NCBI GenBank assembly: GCA_013239625.1
Contig: MU057073.1
Span: forward strand, 1,535,426-1,599,425
Length of the DNA: 64,000 bases
Direction of reading: 5' to 3'
From: Lama guanicoe
Lineage: Eukaryota
Below, piece by piece: positions 11,141 through 24,436 of the stretch. A program made the translations under genes and the position numbers. The notes beneath the pieces are model-generated. The model was not told where the DNA came from. It worked only from the letters and a program-made list of their open reading frames with translations, and did not search any database. Numbering within the stretch: position 1 is the first letter of the stretch; every line of letters starts with the position of its first letter.

Positions 11141-14100
11141 GCATTACACCAGCAGGGTGGAGCCTCGGTGGCCAGGCAGGCAAGGCAGCCTGCTGTGGGC
11201 CCACATCTCTGAGCAGTCTGGTCCCTCCCTCCTGGGTTAACTCAGCTTAGCCTTCACGCCCAAGCAAAGTGCTACTTCCTGCAAATGCCACCTTCCTGCC
11301 CCCAACCCACGTGCTGGTCCCATCAGGGCTCTAAGACTCTCTGGCCTTGGACTGACAGCTCCCGGAGCTGGGGGATCCCAGACCCATTCTCTGTTCTCTA
11401 GCCCCACTGGGGCTCCTGTGTTTCAGGGTCAAGGGCAGGAAGGCCAAGGAAATTGGTGGAAGCCAAGGAGAAGGAACTGGAAGGTCAGCAGCACATGAGT
11501 GAGCCTGTGCCGGGGTCTGCGCCCTGCTGTGGGCTGTGGGGAGGAAGGGCTGGTCCTACAAAGCCTAGGCCTCCCGTGGTGTTCCCGGGGCTCCAGGGGC
11601 CGAATCAGGCCCTGTCCTTCTCCAAGCCGCAGTTCCCCCCAGCAGGCCTCCCAGGGCCTGTGTCGGCAGCAACCGGGACAGCTCAGGTGACGGTGCCCTG
11701 GGCAAAGGTCTCCTGTCACCGTGTAAGGCAGGCCTCTGTCTCCAGGCTACCCACAGCAGCCTGGTGGGGCAGGGATGGGGACCATGGCACTAGCCCCAGC
11801 AACCTAGCCCACCCACCCCAGGGCCTGGCGGGTGGCCCAGGGTGTGGCGGGTGTCCTTACCTCCTTGCCCTCCCAGCCTGGCCCCATAGTGGCACTGTGC
11901 CTGTGCCCAAGGCAAGCCTCAGGGCCACTGTCACTTCACTGCCAGGAGCAAGGCCCTCTCCCCTGCCCACACCCCTGATGTTGGGTTGCCTCCTGCCTCG
12001 CCCTTCCTCCCCAATGACCCCAGACAGGCCCCCAGCTCCAGCCCACACCACCCCTCCTTGAAGGCCCTCTCCCTCTGCTGCCCCCTACCGTGCCCCTGCC
12101 CAGAAAGCTTTCTGAGGCCTCCCAGGACCCACCTCCCCTAATCTGAGCCCAGCCCAGCCCAGCCTTCTCAGAGCCCCCTGAGCACACCTCACACAGCTCT
12201 GTGGCTCTGAGAGAGGCTGCGCACCGCCCCGGCGCTAGGCTGGGGGGCTGTGGGGGCCTCAGCGGTAAGTTGCACACAATAGGACCCCCACCAGTAAGCC
12301 CTGGCCTCTCTGGCCCTCAGGCCTTTATATTGAAGGGCCAGCATTGCTGAGCCTCAGGGCCTTTCTCAGGGGCCTTGGGAGCTGACAGCCAGTAGCACTT
12401 TCCCCAAAGGACAGAAGTGCTCCCTGGGGTCACTGCCCCTGCGGCTGGCAGGTCAGAATGACACAGGCCCAGCTGTTGGTAAGGAGGCATCTCTCCCACT
12501 CCCCTCCTGCCCCTCAGGAGCCAGCATCCGCACAGGCAGGTGGGCATGGGGACCCCTGTGTTGTCAGACCTGGAGGCTAAGGCAGGGGACCACGGGGCCC
12601 AGCTGTGACCCTCAAAGTGGGGCTGAGAGCTCTCCCCCAGGAAGTGGCCCAGACCCACCTTGTCCCTCCCCAGGGCATCTCCCCCGGAGACTCATCTCCT
12701 GTGCCCTACTCCGCACCGCCCCAGGCTGGGGTCCTTGCCAACGGGGCCACAGGGACCCTGGGGTCAGCTCCACACTGATGCCCAGACTCCACCCTTTGAC
12801 GTCAGCTGGCAACCCAAGGGAGTTGTGCTGGACCCCTGGGTGCCCAAGGCCCCTCTGCGCCAGAGGCCCAGAGACTGCAGGCGGCCTTGGCCAAGGCAGC
12901 TGCCCACCAGGGCCTCCTTGGGCCTCTGTGTGTGAAATGGGCAGTAAAGCCCACTTTGTTGTGGGATCGAGAGAACAGCGAGGCCCAACGGGGCCCGGGG
13001 AGGCCAGCCCGTGTGGACTGCTGCTCTGGTCTTGTCTTCTCTTTAGGCAGCAGAGCCCCCTCCCCTCCCAGTCTCCTTCAGCAAGTCTGCAGGACCATGA
13101 GGTGAGGCAGCCCCTGGCCGAGGCCTCTGAGGCCCGGCTCTGGGCTTAGCAGCCCTTCGGAGCCCAGGATGGGTCTTGGAGCTGAAGCTCTGCACTGCAG
13201 CCCACCTCCTGCTCCTCCTGGGGGTGAGGCAGAGGCTCCTGCAGCTTCAGGGAGGGCCTGGTATGGCTGTGCACGTGTGCTGTGTGCACGCACATGTGTG
13301 CTGTGTGATGAGGTGGCACACTCTGCCACGGCCTCCCAGCAGCCTGTAGGTGGGCAAGGGGCCTGGGGGTAGGGGAGGGCCGGGAGACTGCGAGCAGCCC
13401 CTGACTATGGATGGGGCCTGGGCAGGGCTGGGGAGGGATGCCTGGCAGCCAGCTCGAGGCGTCCTGGGAACAGGGCCCAGAAGGAAGCCTGCGCAGCGGC
13501 AACGGCGGCGCCATGGCAACACGGCACAAAGCACTGGCCTACTTACACCCCGCCTCCGCCCTGCCAGCTCTCCGCTCCAAGGAGGGGGTGCAGGGCTCCT
13601 GCGGTCTGCATGTGCCCCAGCCTTTGCGCTCAGTGCCCTGGAAGCCTCGGGCCTCCTCCTGGTCTCCTCCCTAGCCATGATGCTGGGCCAGGGCGGAGGA
13701 GACTCAGGTTCCCCATCCATAAATGGGAGTGAAAGAAGGCGGCACAGAAATGCCCCACAGCTAGCGGGTGCTCAGTTGTGTAAGGTCTCTCCCTGTCTCC
13801 TGCTGGTAAAAAGGCTTCAGAATTTCCCAGCACAGAAATCTCAGAGCTCTCTGTGCTTCTGTGGTGACTGCAAGCCCGAAAGTCTCCGACCCCAATCAAA
13901 GGCCTCAGGCCCAGGCCCCCAAGTCAGGACAGTGTCTGGGTGGGAAGGGCAGCACTGGGGACAGGGCCCTGAGCTGGTGCCCTCCACATGTTCAGACATC
14001 CTCTCTGCCTCTGTCCTCAGCATGGAGAGGACATGGGTCTCCCATGCCTGCCTCCAGGGCCCAGCATGACATTCAGGGCCAGCTCCGCACCTACTGCCTC

Positions 14101-17100
14101 TGCCTACAGGAAGTTGGCCTGGCCTGGGGCCTTGGTGCACTCAGAGCCTCGGGGATGGGGGCAAGGGTCTCCAGTGTCGCAGAGGAGACCCGGGGCCTTC
14201 AAGGGGCAGCCCGAGGGGCTCTCTGGGTGCCCCGTGCCAGCTGCGCTCTGTCTGTGATGTCCACGTGGCCCTGCCGCCACCGGCCACCCTGGGCTCCCTG
14301 GCCCAGCAAGGTCTCACACAGTCGTCTCTGGTGCAGGAGCAGGGCCCTGAAGAGGGAGGGCCATTGGCCAGTAAGGCAGTGAGGACGCTTTGTGCAGCAC
14401 CCAGGCCCTGGGGACGGGAAGCCCTTGGTCCTACAGCGAGTAGATCACCCAACACCACTTATCTCATTGAAAATCAAGTTTCCCTGGCCTCACCTGGGAG
14501 CTGGCCGGGCCGGGCGCCTGCTGCGTGGCCTCAGTCCCCCACAGGGACAGATGTGCAGCCGTAGGTGTCCAGGTGTCTGCTTGGATGGCGTAGCTCCCTG
14601 CCCAGCACTGCAGCTCGGGGGCCACTGTGACTGTCTGTCTTGATTCCCTCTCCAGACTGGGAGCCCTGCCCATCACCCGTCCATTCACTCCTTCATCCAC
14701 CAGATGCTCTTCTGCGTCCCAAGGGCCAGTGCCCAGTGACCATCTGTGGAATGAATGAAGGAGCAGGGGTGAATGAATGAATGAGGCTTGGAGGGGAGCA
14801 GCCCCATCCCCCGTGTGTGAATGGGGGTCGGATGTGTCTGCCTGCCTCCAGGCACCAGCTGCAGCTGCCCTCCCCTCCCCTACCCAGCCCCCACTAATTT
14901 ATGCCGCAAAGGGGGCCGGCCACTCACTGGTCCCCCACCTGGCAGCAGCTTTGTCCCCAGGCAGATTCCCAACGGCCGCCTTGGGGAAGAAAGGGCCCTT
15001 CTCTGGCCGGCGGTGAGGTCACCAGGAGGGCCCCATGCTCACAAAGGCCGTGGCCCCCCAGCTCGCTCTGCCGGCAGCTGCCTCTTTGTCTCCAGCTCAA
15101 GGCCTAGGAGAGACCCTGAGGGGCCCCTGCGTGGCTGTGGTGAGGCCCAGGCTGCCTCCCTGGGAAGTGGACAGAAGAGGGGAAGGGACATGAGCAGCCT
15201 CCTCCCCTGGCTTTGCTCCTGATACGTGACAGCACCTGTTGAGACGCAGACCCTTCCCCAGATGCCTTGCCGGGCCCGGGCAGCTGTGGGGCCTCAGCCT
15301 GGAAGGGGTCTGTATCCAGCTGTCTGTCTGGGTCCCCATGGCGCACAGGCAAGCTTCAGGGATGAGGGCTGCTTGCTATGTGTCAGGTCAGGGCCAGGGA
15401 GCTTGGACATGTTCGTGGCCTGCAAGGACTATGCGTTTAGCTGGGACCCCAGCACCACCGTTAGACAGAAGACAGGCCTGGGTGGGGACCTGGGACATCG
15501 TCTCTCAGGGCTGTGGGGGGACATTGGGGTTTGGCCACCCTGGCGGAGGTGGCCCTGGGCCTCTGTACGTGGGGACTGGGAGGGCAAAGGCCTGCTGGCC
15601 GGACCAGGAGCTCAGTAACCAGCTACTGTGCCCCCTCCCCTGCCCTCCAGCTGACGGCACTGGGCCCAGAGCTCTTTAGCAGTCTCTCCACGGAGGCAGG
15701 AAGTGGAGCCTGAAGGGAGCAAAACAAAACCCCTTGTCTGGTTCCAGACAAACAGAGGCCGTGCTGGACACCAAGGCCAGCTGCTAGGGGCCCAGGGCCC
15801 GGCCAGGCGTGGCTGCAAACAGAGCCAGCCCCGGGCCAGGCTGGGCCCCAAGGGGGGCCGCCAAGCCTAAGGGCTGGGGATGGTGTGGAACAGAGGACTG
15901 GGGTCCCAGGACACTGAGAGAACCCTGCACTTGAGCCCTGGGGGCCTGGCCAGGGAGCATGATCAGAGGAGGCAATGGGCAGGGAAGGCCGGGTCAGCCT
16001 GGGTGCCCAGCTAGCGGGCCTGGGCGTCAGAGGCCCTGAGGGGCTGGGCAGCCATGTGCCTTCACGTCCTGGGGGCACAGCAGAGCAGGGGGTGGGGGGG
16101 TGCCTGGTCCTACTGAGAGAAAGTTCTCCTTCCCCGTTGCCTGGTGCCTGGAATGTCCATTGTGTGGGTGGCTTAGCAACAGGCCTCTGTCGCCCCTGCC
16201 CCCAAGCCAGCCACCCGCACTCCTCCGCAGGGCCCTCGCCGCCACGGCCTGGCCTTGCTCACCCGAGTGTGTTCAGAGGCTCAGAGGCTCAGATCCTTCG
16301 CGTCCGGCCTGTCCAGCGGCCTGGGTGACTGAGCCATGGGCCCGCTGCCAGCCCTGCTGGAAAGAAGCCCGTGTTCAGACCTCACCTCATCCCCAGGTTC
16401 ACGCCGCAGTTTAGACTCACTTTCTCGGCAAACGTGTTGGTAGTGACAGAAGCAGCCGAGTGGCTGGCTGGGGCGGGCAGGCAGACAGACCAGGAAGGGG
16501 CTGGAGGGTCCGGGGCTCCTGGATCCGGACCCTTAAATGGGCCGATCCACTGTCTGTCCATTACACCGCCTTAGGATGGATTCCTGAGCCACTCTCTGGG
16601 GGCATGGGATGAGCTCAGGCTTGAGGAGGGTACAGGACAGTGGGGACGGTGTGGAAAGGGGAAGTAGGGTGGTCATTGGGAGCTGGAGAGGCCAGAAGGG
16701 GGCTGCCACCTAGACCTGGGGCCACAGCCCCTTGGTGGCAAGAGTGAAGGGACTGGCAGCCCTGGCCCTGACTCCTCTCCAGCCCTCCAATGCTGCGGGC
16801 TGCTCCTGAGGCCCATCCTCCGCCATAGCGAAGTGGCTCCTGGGTCTGTGGTCCCCAGGTCCACGCTGCGAGGAGTGAAGAATGGATGGCTAACTGCTGC
16901 CCCTGCCGAGGACCAACCACCTGTGTCTCTCACCTGCCCTACAGCACCCCCAATGCTGGAGACTCGGAGAGACACATGGCGGGGGTCAATGTTGCAGAGA
17001 CTGGTGGTCCTGGGAGGGGGAGCTGGAACAAGTGACCCTGGGGTATGTATCTGCTGGCTTCTCTCAACTGCTAAGGAGCCTGGGGCAATAAATGGTTAAG

Positions 17101-17684
17101 TGGTCTGGACATTTCTTGTTTAAAAAGCTTTTTTTTTTTAATGGAAAATGTCAAAGAAATGCAAAAACAGAGACAATCACAAGGGATTCCAAGTCCCAGG
17201 TTTCGCCCCTGCTCCCCCACCCCAGGTTATTTTGAGGCAGGTCACAGCCACCCTACCATTTCACAGTGTCATTAGCGTGCCTAAAAATTTCATTTTTTTT
17301 TTCTTCCCCATCATTCTTAAACCCATGAAACATCCACTCTGGCTTCAAATGTTCCAATTTTCTCGTCTTGTAAAATAAAACATTTGGTTTGTTCTAGTCA
17401 GAACCAAAAGCGGTTCCCTACTGCTCTCACTATGGGAGACCCGGCCTTTGCCAGATGAAGCCCCTGGGAGACACAGAAACCCCAGGTGGGTCTGAGGACA
17501 CGGCAGAAACACTCCAAACAAACAGAGGCAAAACTGAACTCTGACTGACAGCAGCACAGCCTCGAAAGAGCAAGGTTGATGGTGCTGGAAGCTTCCATAG
17601 CAGGACATGCCACTTAAGTTAATCAAGGTGTTCTGTCTGTTTTAAGAAATAAAGGAGAGGACAGTTTGAGAGACTCCAATTCCT

Positions 17685-17820
17685 CTGGCAGTGATCGCTG
17701 AGCCCTCCACCCCCAGAGTTCCAGATGTAGTAGGTCTGGAGTGGGGCTGGGAATTTGTACTTCCACCCAGGTCCCAGGTGATGCCGGGGAAACTGGTCCA
17801 GGGACCGCATCAGGAGAGCC
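17685..17820. mobile_element. MER5A-like hAT-Charlie DNA transposon remnant
   Basis: CCCCAGAGTTCCAGATGTAGTAGGTCTGGAGTGGGGC...GAATTTGTAC...CCCAGGTGATGC...CTGGTCCAGGGACC resembles the recalled MER5A consensus. Confidence 0.7.
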
Positions 17821-18207
17821 TCAGCTCCACAGACGTTTCATGAACATTTCCGTGGCCAAAGTTTGGGATGGTTCTGCCACCTGAAACGTGAGAGCTGTCC
17901 TGTGGGTTTGTAAAGATTAAAAAACCAAAAACAGTGTCTGGCATGCCCATAGTAGAAAGATCTATCTGTCTGGGTAAGAGGTACTTACTATATCATTATG
18001 AAGATGAGTTTGGCATCCTGGTGTACCACGTAGTGATAGAATGCCCAGATGTCAACATGAACATAGGCTCTGAGGACGTGTGACATCACCCCCCCCTCAG
18101 TTCTCTTAAGGCCACTCTAAGGGGAGGAGAGTGAGACATCAGGGAAGTAAATTTGGCTCTGAGTTTCCTGGTGGTTGAGGCAAAAAGGGAACAAAGATTA
18201 GCGAAAC

Positions 18208-18330
18208 TACTGCTTCTCAAACTTTCAGGCTGATTGACTCACCCGGGGAATTGGTCTAACACACCTGATTAGGAGTTCTGGGTGGGGCCTGAAAGTCTTA
18301 ACAAGGCCCACCTGGAGATGTAGGTGCTGC
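18208..18330. mobile_element. MER5-like DNA transposon remnant
   Basis: CTTCTCAAACTTT...TCACCCGGGGA...CTGGGTGGGGCCTGA...TTAACAAG...GGTGCTGCT. Confidence 0.6.
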
Positions 18331-19619
18331 TACCCCTGGATCACATTTTGAGTACTGTTCAGGGCCCCTGGGATGAAAAGCATGCAGGAGAGCAGCTCTG
18401 TCACTCCAGGCACTGAGGGTGGCCCAGGAGAGAAGGGCCTCAGGCCACCCAGGTGCAGCAGCCCCAGGACCTCTGCCTCATGGCCAGGGTCACATCTGGG
18501 CACTTCAGTGGTCAGCAGAGAGGGTGGCCAGCAGAGATAGGACCGAAGTCCAGGCAGTGGGAGGAGGACACTGGGCCTCCCAGGGGAGGACACGTCAGGA
18601 CAGAGCTACCGAGACAGGAAGTCGGGGGCGAGGCTGAGCCTTTGGATCAAGCCAAAGAAAAGATCACTCAAGCAACTCCTGCCCCCCAGAATGCACACTG
18701 TGTTCAGACAGTGAGGGGCCTGGCCCCATAACCTGTCCCCGGACACAATGGTTCTGTCTGTCCACCTTAGGGCTCCCGGACCCAAGGCCCACACTTGGCT
18801 GTGCAGGAAGGGGCCAGAGCCCAGGGAGGGACCCCAGGGCCGAGACTAAGAGAGTCTGCCTGTGCCAAGTGCTTGTGGCTGGCACACACAGAGGCTTTGT
18901 AGGAGTGCGGGGAGGACCGGGAGGCTTGGGGCCCAAGTGGGGAGGCGAGGGGCTGTTCAGGAGCAGGGCGTCAGGGCCTGAGGGCCTGGAGAGACCTGAG
19001 CCTCCTGAATCCTCGGAGAGGTGGGGCAGCCCACCCCAACCATCGCCTTTATCCAGGACAGGAGGAAGGGGAGCCCAGGAAGTGGGGGGGCAGGGAGAGG
19101 GCTCTACCCTTCCTGGCTGAGCCTGACCTGGGTCCCTCATGGTGCCACGAGTGCCTGGAGCTTTCTCACACCACCTGGCACAGGGATGGATGAAGGGGCC
19201 AGCCACGAACAGCCTCCTCGCCCTGTCCCCATCCTCTTCGCTTCTTCTAAAAATGTGCCCGCAGCCGGCCTGCCCCCCTCTTTGAAGGGACAGATGTCAG
19301 GGAGAAAGCTGATTATCGTCAAAGGCTGGAGGCTGTGACCGGAGCTCTTGGGGAGCGTGACCCAATTCGGAGCTATTCTGAGCCTGGTGGGAGCTGAGTT
19401 ATTCCCTCCCGCCAACGCGGCTGCTTCGGAGGCAGCCTGACTTTGAAATGCCCTCATCCTGAGGCCAGGCACAGAGCCATGCATGGGAGGGCGGGCCAGG
19501 CCAGGAGGGGCCCCGCTGTCCCAACCCTGGAGGCTGAGACCTCGCTGTGCCCCCTTGCCTGCGGTCCTGCAGCTCCTCCCCTAAAATCGCAGGGTCTCTC
19601 TCTCAATGCGGACCTGAGA

Positions 19620-19886
19620 TTAGGCCATGTGACCTAAGACTTGAAAAGCACTCGCCCCAAGTGCGCCTGAGCGCAGGACAGGATGCAAGAAGAGCACGGG
19701 TCCCAAGAGGAAGCGAGGAGCAGGGGCAGGGCTGAGCTTACATCAGCTCAGCCCCTACACAGGGACAGGCTTGGCTGAGGTCCACAGATCCCAAAGGCTG
19801 CTTTAAGCCCCAGAGTTTACTTTTTTGCTGGGGGTGTGTGTGATATTTGTTATGCAGCATAACTGTGATGACAGTTAACTAATACA
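19620..19886 (+). mobile_element. MLT1 (MaLR) LTR remnant
   Basis: 3' terminus TTTAAGCC...TTTGTTATGCAGCA...AACTAATACA is typical of MLT1 LTR ends; 5' boundary uncertain. Confidence 0.55.
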
Positions 19887-22800
19887 CTTACTTCAAAAAT
19901 TGTGGAGGCCAGTTGAGTGCCATCTGCCTGTGCACAGGCCAGTGTTGTCACAGTTCATTATACAACCAATAAGCACACTGAATGGATGACCTGGATTTTC
20001 CAGAAAAGTCTCAATGTCAAATCTTCAGATAAACTATTCAAAGTGCCACAAAGTGCAGAGGACAGTTCTCAAGACAGACCCAGAAGTGGCCCCTCAATCC
20101 TGGCCTTGAAATCTGAAACAAAGACCAGAGGTCGTCGTGGTGGCAGCTCCCATCTCCCAATAGTGACAATAATCATTGGGACATTCCGTGGATACCAACT
20201 GTCTAAACAATGACGTGATACTTAATCTCACTGCAGCTCCCCCTGCCCCCCAAGGCAGGCACTGTGCTCATCCCTGCACGAGGGATTGACTTGTCACCAT
20301 GGAGCCAGAGGGAAGATGTGACCCGGGTAGGCTCAGCACCTGGGCCCGTAAGTGAATCCTCCCTGAAGGCAGAGCGGGGTCTGGCCACCTCTCTGAGGAT
20401 AGGCTGCCCTGCAGGACCGAGTCCAAATCCCTTGTCCCTCTGTGACTGCAGGGGCCTCCCAGTCTTGATCCCCACAGCACAGGGTCCAACCCGCTTTCCC
20501 TGCTTTGCTCTGGCCACGCACGCCTCATCTTCCCTGTCCGCACCTGGCTCCCTCTGGGCCCTCAGTGCCACGAGGCTGCTGGTGGGTGCTTTTCCCACAT
20601 TTGCTGGGTGAGGGCACCCCCTGAGGCTGGTGACGAGGCCATCCTGAGACCTGGACCCCACCTGCATGCTCCCTCCTGGGGCATCAGGAGCCAAGATCTC
20701 CAGGAGGGCTACCTTCTGGGAACCCTCTCACCTGAGGCCCTGATAGGAGGCAGGGACACCCCAGGCTGACCTGTCAGCCCAACAACCCCTGGGCAGAACA
20801 GGGCGCTGGGTCCAGTGACCGGCCGGTACTTAGAGCAGCCTTGCAAACAGGCCAGGCAGTTACCAGCCCAGGAGGAGGTGGAGATGGCGCCCTCTGCATC
20901 CAATCACACTCCAGAGCAGCTGCTCCTCACCTCATTCTCCCGGGCCTGCGGGAAGCTGTCCCGCCTGGGCAGGCCTCCTGCTCATTTCCTCCCACTTCCA
21001 GCAGGCTTTCCAGGCCCTGCAGGACTATCACCTCTTCCAAGGAGTCTTCCATGACTACAGCAGAAATCTCGCCCCTGTGCAGTGGGCTGGGGTAGGGTAG
21101 GAGCTGCATTGCCTACTGGGCCAGGCTGGAGAGCAGGCATCCCCAGAGCACAGACAGAAGGGGGGGCAGGCAGCAGACAACAGGGGTGAGGGGCAGGCGT
21201 GGGGAAGCCCTGTCTTCATGGGGCAGACCACCCTCCTTGTCATACTCTGCTAGACAGGGTACAGCCTCTGGGGGCCTGGCATCCCTCACACCACCCACTA
21301 CCCATCCCCAAACTGGCTCTGGGCCCCCAGCCCACACCACCCCGGGCTGGGGACAGGGTAGAGCCCCTCTGAGGCAGGTGAGCGTGAGGCCAGGAGCAGC
21401 ACACACCAGGGCTGAGGAGGCCAGGCCCCGGGGGCTTCCAGGAGGAGGTGCTGAGAGGCAGGACTCTAATTCCAGCCCCAGGGCGGGATCCTGGCCTAGG
21501 GCCCTCAGAGCAGATGCTGAGAGGCCACCTGTCTCTAGGGCTTCGACTTGGGAGTAGGGGCCTTGGCGGAGGCAGTCAGATGTGCCAGGTACTCAGGCCA
21601 GGCCTGGTGTAGGAATTTCCAAGGAAAAACGGAAGGCCAGGGGTGCATGTCTGGGGCTGGACAGGGAGTTTCCGGGTGAGTCTCTGTCCTGTGACCAGCC
21701 CCAAGCTACTGACTTGAGGAGGTGACTGTCACTGACCAGCTGATGGGCCACTCACTCACCATGGGTCCTGCCTTTGTGGGTATCAAGCTCTCCACCTGCA
21801 GAACTGGGGGACTGCTTGGCTTCTGCTCCTCTGCCTGCAGGGGCTCACAGGTGGGGGGCAGTCCTACAGGGGTGATCACCAGCATGGGATGTGTGGGAGC
21901 AGATGGTAAAGCAAGATGCTCCTGACTAGGGGCAGGTGGTGGGAGAAACTAAAACATTTGAGTGGGGCTTTGAAGGATGCACAGGAGTTCACTGCTGGCT
22001 CAGAGCCTGGCAGGACCCCAGGCTAAGGCTGAGCTGGGCCTGGCCAGCTATCTGGGGTGGGACAGATGCCCAGAGGCCTAGTGGAACCACAGGCTCACGC
22101 GCAGGGTTGGCAGCACAGCTGAGGGTGAGGGGGATGTCCATCCTTAAGAGTAGCTGGGTCTGTGCCAAGTGCAACTACAAGCAGGGACAGGGATCCAGGT
22201 CTCCTGACTCCTCACCTGGTAGCCCCCATTCCAGTCACCCATCCTCCAGTGGGCTGGGCTTTCCCACTGCCCTTCCAGCTCACACAGACCCAGTGACTCA
22301 CCCAGGGCCATAGCCTAGGAGGCCAGCCTAAGCCCCACCTGGAAAATGGACACAGTGGGACCTGCGGGGCGGGCCTGCACCCTACGCCAGACACCCCATG
22401 GGCCCTTCCTGAAGGCCAAGGAGAGTCCAGGCCCCTCCTCTGTCCCCCAGGCTAGACATTTCGTCAGAGGTCAGAACAGGTCCCTGCAGGTGACCCCTGG
22501 GGCAGGGCTGGTGGTTCCAGGGACCCTAGGGTCTCTGAGGGGATACAGGTCTTGCCCCGAGACAGGAGGCACCTCTGGTCCTGTGATGCTGCCACCAGTC
22601 TGGTCTCGCAGGTCCACGTTACATGGTGCCCCTCCAAGAACCCCCAACCAAGAACCCCCAAAGCCTGAGTGGTGGCCTTGGGCCAGGACAGCAGGGCTGG
22701 GCGGTCCTTCTTGGGTTCTGGGCCCTTTAGGGAGCACAAGAGGCAACCCAGGTGTCCAGACGGGGCTGTGGAGGGAGGGGCCCGGGCTCGGGGCGGACAC

Positions 22801-23093
22801 AGACACACACACAGGCAGGGATTCTTTCTCCTTCCCCCGCCCCACCCTTCCCAGGGACAAGTGGCCCTTTCTGCAGCTGGGTGGGGGTGGCCACACACTC
22901 ACCCCTTTGTCCGCCATGTCCCAGGCCATTGTCCTGGAGTCCACAGCCCCTGTGGCGTCTGCCTTGGGAAAGGAAGGAGCAGGGGCCAGGAGGGTCACGT
23001 GCGGGGAGGGCCAGGCTGGGCGTTGGTGTGGGGATTGGAGATCCAGCCTCATGGGGCACCAGGGGGACCAGTCAGCACAGTGGGGCAACAATG

Positions 23094-23099
23094 TTTATT
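23094..23099 (-). terminator. TRMT61A: Probable TRMT61A polyadenylation signal
   Basis: AATAAA on the minus strand (TTTATT on plus), about 950 nt downstream of the stop codon in otherwise GC-rich sequence. Confidence 0.7.
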
Positions 23100-23217
23100 T
23101 CTCTGCCAAGCATGGTCAGGGGCCAGCCTCATGCCAGCAGAGTGCCCTGGGGCTCCCGCCTGCCATGGGAACACCCAGGCCCTTTGTACAATGCCAGCCA
23201 CACACCAGAGCTGGAGA

Positions 23218-23255
23218 CCAGGCCAAGCCAGGCCAGGCCAGGCCAGGCCAGGCCA
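23218..23255. repeat. (CCAGG)n pentanucleotide repeat, about 7.5 units, in the TRMT61A 3' UTR
   Basis: CCAGG CCAAG CCAGG CCAGG CCAGG CCAGG CCAGG CCA. Confidence 0.9.
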
Positions 23256-24052
23256 CCTGTGTCCTGGATACACCCCCTCACCCCTGTGACCCCAGGGCCC
23301 CTGAGGGAGAAGCACGGAGTAACTCCAACAGGCACTGGCTGACGGCCCGCAGCACATCCCCATCCGGCTCAGCTCTTCTGAGTGATGCTGTGTGTTCTCA
23401 CTTCCCCACACAGCGGGGGCCCTGGCTGGGCCAGGGTCCAAGAAGACACCTCCCAGGTGCAGGAGAAGCAAGGTGGGCAGGGCTTCTCCCTGCCCCTTTG
23501 ACAGGAGGGAACTGGAGACACTCCCACATGGCCTGTGCAGTGCCTAATGGGGTGGGGTCAGGCCTGAGGCCACACAGCAGGGTCACCTCTCACTGGGTGC
23601 TGAGCCCGCCCAGGGAGGCACTGAGCCAGGCCACAGCCCTTGCCGGAGGATGTCCCTGGCCCCCCCCCCCCAGACTCCTCTTTGCTCCCCCACCCCCTTC
23701 CCCACAAAGGGCCACCAGGAAAGGGTCAGGCTGGCTGCCACCTGCAGCCTCGGGCCTCAACGTCCGGAGGAGCCTAAGGCAGTGGAAACTGCCTGTGGCT
23801 ACAAATAGCAGCAGGACACTGAGGCCAGTGGGAGGCTGCCCTCCCCAGGGACCAGGGACTGGATGCACCTCCACCAGGCAGTCCCCCTTCAGCCACCCAG
23901 GGGGCCCCCAAGCCCTGCCCCACCATCCATCTGTTTCTAAACACAGGCCCTGGCAGGCGCCCGCTGCCCATATAAGGCAGCCTCTGGCCGAGCCTTGCTT
24001 CCCGTCTGGCCTGCGGTGCTCCCAGCTCCCCGGAGCTCCTGGTGGCGGCTCA

Positions 24053-24436
<384 letters not shown>

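Noticed and set aside
7000-22300. Many 60-240 aa ORFs between BAG5 and TRMT61A
   Set aside because: Pro/Gly/Ala-rich on both strands with no coherent exon chain or homology; expected at this GC content.
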